NCBI GenBank assembly: GCA_050734515.1 | Contig: JBOHUM010000007.1 | Location: 3,764-67,763 of the forward strand | Direction of reading: 5' to 3' | Length of the DNA stretch: 64,000 nt | DNA from: Candidatus Dormibacteria bacterium | GTDB lineage: Bacteria > Chloroflexota > Dormibacteria > Aeolococcales > Bog-877 | Part shown: positions 62,068-64,000 of the stretch, piece by piece | Layout: each line of letters starts with the position of its first letter | Position numbering within the stretch: the stretch's first letter is position 1 | Program-made: the position numbers and the translations under genes | The notes under the pieces: generated by a model | Database searches by the model: none | What the model was told of the DNA's origin: nothing | The model's input: only the letters and a program-made list of their open reading frames with translations

Positions 62068-63576
62068 GTGCGCTGGTACCGGAGCCTGCGCTGGCGCCTG
62101 ACACTGGCGTTCGTCGGCCTGCTGGCGGCGCTTCTGGCGATCGCTGGGGCGGTTGAGTACACCGTGCTCCACCAGGCGGTGCTCAGCAGCCGGGCCCAGA
62201 GCCTGCAGAGCACCTACGGCGCCGCCCGGGCGATCGTCAGCGCCGAGCAGCGCCAACGGCGCCGCAGCGGGGCCAAACCGCTGGGCGCCCAGGGGGCGGC
62301 GCTGGCATTGGCCCGGCTGCTGGCTCAGGCCCGGGTCACGGCCGGAGTCTTCTCCGGGCAGCTGGCGCTGCTGGCCTCGGCGGGCCCCGGGTCGGGGGCC
62401 GGGAGCGGGGTGGTGGCGGGGGTGGCAGTGCCGCCGCTGGCCCAGGAGCAACTGGCGGCCGCGGCCCAGTTCGACACCCGGGTGGGGCCGGTGCTGGTGG
62501 GGCCGGCCAGCCATTCCTCCCTCGTGATGCTCTTCCCGCTCGAGACCCGGTTCGGCCACCGCCTGGGAGCGGTCGAGCTGGCCCAGCCCGCCGGGCCCAT
62601 CCAGGGTGAGCTCAACGCCGCCGCCGCGGTCCTGGGCCTGGGCGGGGTGGCGGTGCTGCTGCTGGCCCTGCTGACCGGCCTGGCGCTGACCTCCCGTGGT
62701 TTAGGCCCCCTGAGCCGGCTCACCGCCGCCGCCCGGGCCCTGGGGCGGGGTGAGCTGTCTCGGCGCAGCGGCCTGGCGCCGCGCCAGGACGAGGTGGGGG
62801 TGCTGGCCCGGGTTTTCGACGAGATGGCAGCCAGCGTCGAGCACACCGTGCACGACCGCGAACAGGGCGAGAGCCGGATGCGCCAGTTCATCGCCGACGC
62901 CTCCCACGAGCTCCGCACCCCGCTCACCGCCATCAAGGGCTACATCGACGTCCTGGAGCGGGGCGCCAAGGCCGATCCTGCGGCGCTGGACCAGGCGCTG
63001 CCGGTAATGGCCCGGGAGGCTGAGCGGATGCGCTCGTTGATCCTTGACCTGCTGGCGCTGGCCCGAGCCGACGCCCGGCGTCCCCCCCAGCCCCAGCCGC
63101 TGGAGCTGGCCAGCTTCCTCAGCCACTTCCTGGACGGGCGCGAGGTCCAGGCCGAGGTGGAGCGCGACTTCCGCCCCGGCCTGGTCGCCTGGGCGGACCC
63201 CGAGGCGCTGGCCACGATCGCCGGCAACCTCCAGGACAACGCCCAGCGCCACGGCCAGGGGAGGGGCGTCCGCTGGAGCACCCTGGACCAGGAGGGGATG
63301 GTGGGCTTCAGCTGCAGCGACCGTGGTCCCGGGATCGCCCCCGACGACTTGGAGCACGTCTTCGAGCGCTTCTACCGGTCCGGGCGCTCCCGCTCCCGGG
63401 AGGAGGGCGGCAGCGGCCTGGGCCTGGCCATCGTGCAGTCGCTGGTGCAGGCCCAGGGGGGCCGGGTCGCGGTGGACTCCCAACCCGGGGGTGAGACCAC
63501 GTTCACCGTCCTGGTGCCCCGGGCGCCCGAGTCCCCTGGGCCCCTGACTTGGGCCAGGCGGTCTGACCCAGGGTGA
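62068..63576 (+). CDS. Sensor histidine kinase (two TM helices, HAMP, HisKA, HATPase_c)
   Basis: GTG start lies 7 nt after the regulator's stop. H-box FIADASHELRTPLTAIKGY and G-boxes DRGPGI and GGSGLGLAIV. Confidence 0.88.
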   Translation: MRWYRSLRWRLTLAFVGLLAALLAIAGAVEYTVLHQAVLSSRAQSLQSTYGAARAIVSAEQRQRRRSGAKPLGAQGAALALARLLAQARVTAGVFSGQLALLASAGPGSGAGSGVVAGVAVPPLAQEQLAAAAQFDTRVGPVLVGPASHSSLVMLFPLETRFGHRLGAVELAQPAGPIQGELNAAAAVLGLGGVAVLLLALLTGLALTSRGLGPLSRLTAAARALGRGELSRRSGLAPRQDEVGVLARVFDEMAASVEHTVHDREQGESRMRQFIADASHELRTPLTAIKGYIDVLERGAKADPAALDQALPVMAREAERMRSLILDLLALARADARRPPQPQPLELASFLSHFLDGREVQAEVERDFRPGLVAWADPEALATIAGNLQDNAQRHGQGRGVRWSTLDQEGMVGFSCSDRGPGIAPDDLEHVFERFYRSGRSRSREEGGSGLGLAIVQSLVQAQGGRVAVDSQPGGETTFTVLVPRAPESPGPLTWARRSDPG

Positions 63577-63577
63577 G

Positions 63578-64000
63578 TCAGCCGCCGGGCCCGGGGCGGG
63601 CGGACTCCTCCCCGGCCCGCGCCGGGATCGGGGCCGGGACCTGGGGGCTCTGGGCGGCCAGGGCCTGGGCGCGGTCGGGATAGTCCTGGATCTGGGTGAT
63701 CCGCCCCCCATGCACCGAGAGCACATGGGCCAGGGGGCGCCCTCGGCGCTGGTGGGGATGGTCGGCCCGCAGGACCAGGAGCAGGCGCCCGCCGACCGGA
63801 GTCAGCTCCAGCACCTCGCCCCCGCCCCGGTCCGCCAGATGCGCCGCCCAGATCCCCAGCACCTCCTCGCGCGAGTGGCAGTTCCCCGGCCCGGCCACCA
63901 CCGCCGCCCAGCCCATCCCCGGGGACATCACCCGCCGCAGGGGCCCGAGGTCGTGGGTGGCCGCCGCCGCGGCGAAGGCGCCTCGGATCCGCTCGACGGT
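63578..64000 (-). CDS. NTF2/SnoaL-like protein (partial; the 5' end probably lies beyond the window)
   Basis: The reading frame is open to the window edge. It reads ...TVERIRGAFAAAAATHDLGPLRRVMSPGMGWAAV..., typical of SnoaL-like N-termini. The stop lies 1 nt from the convergent kinase stop. Confidence 0.45.
   Translation of the reverse strand, partial: TVERIRGAFAAAAATHDLGPLRRVMSPGMGWAAVVAGPGNCHSREEVLGIWAAHLADRGGGEVLELTPVGGRLLLVLRADHPHQRRGRPLAHVLSVHGGRITQIQDYPDRAQALAAQSPQVPAPIPARAGEESARPGPGG

Overview
This is a gene-dense 64-kb stretch of a very high-GC bacterial chromosome. Hand-sampled stretches give about 72-76% GC in the pur genes. I can support about 55 protein-coding genes. I recognised no rRNA, tRNA, CRISPR array, IS element, transposase or phage gene. 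Content is mostly core metabolism. (1) recJ, fused FO synthase fbiC (F420 pathway) and the glyoxylate shunt aceA-aceB. (2) A nine-gene purine operon purB-C-S-Q-L-F-M-N-H on the minus strand, joined by ATGA/GTGA/TTGA start-stop overlaps. (3) A second minus-strand block: sortase, guaB3-like, guaA, purD, a DksA/TraR zinc finger, and two-subunit pyruvate carboxylase. (4) An ECF sigma factor with a 770-aa anti-sigma-like surface protein. (5) gdh, ltaE, a GGDEF cyclase, hmgA with an FAH-family gene, and a glucose-dehydrogenase-like MDR enzyme. (6) A peptide ABC transporter split into two convergent halves. (7) Two two-component systems, glycerate kinase, ilvE, a YvcK-like protein and ddl with a murF-like gene. 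The GuaB3-family gene, fused FbiC, weak or absent Shine-Dalgarno sites and a near-leaderless gene fit an Actinomycetota-like lineage, but I cannot assign a taxon. Many track ORFs are 5'-over-extended or are antisense shadow ORFs typical of high-GC DNA, so I re-called starts from homology-expected N-termini, SD sites, start-stop coupling and -10 boxes. I did not find a clear novel multi-gene system. The most unusual items are: an ultra-basic Arg/Thr/Ala protein with its own promoter, operator-like palindrome and terminator; a membrane-anchored MurF-like ligase coupled to Ddl; a tandem-module hypothetical protein between a diguanylate cyclase and an epimerase; a Cys/His-rich hypothetical upstream of fbiC; an IF-1 homolog with an Arg-rich N-terminal extension; an unexplained 634-bp lower-GC gap upstream of aceA; and a low-GC permease and binding-protein half of the ABC transporter. 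All functional calls rest on motif recognition by eye, with no database search.
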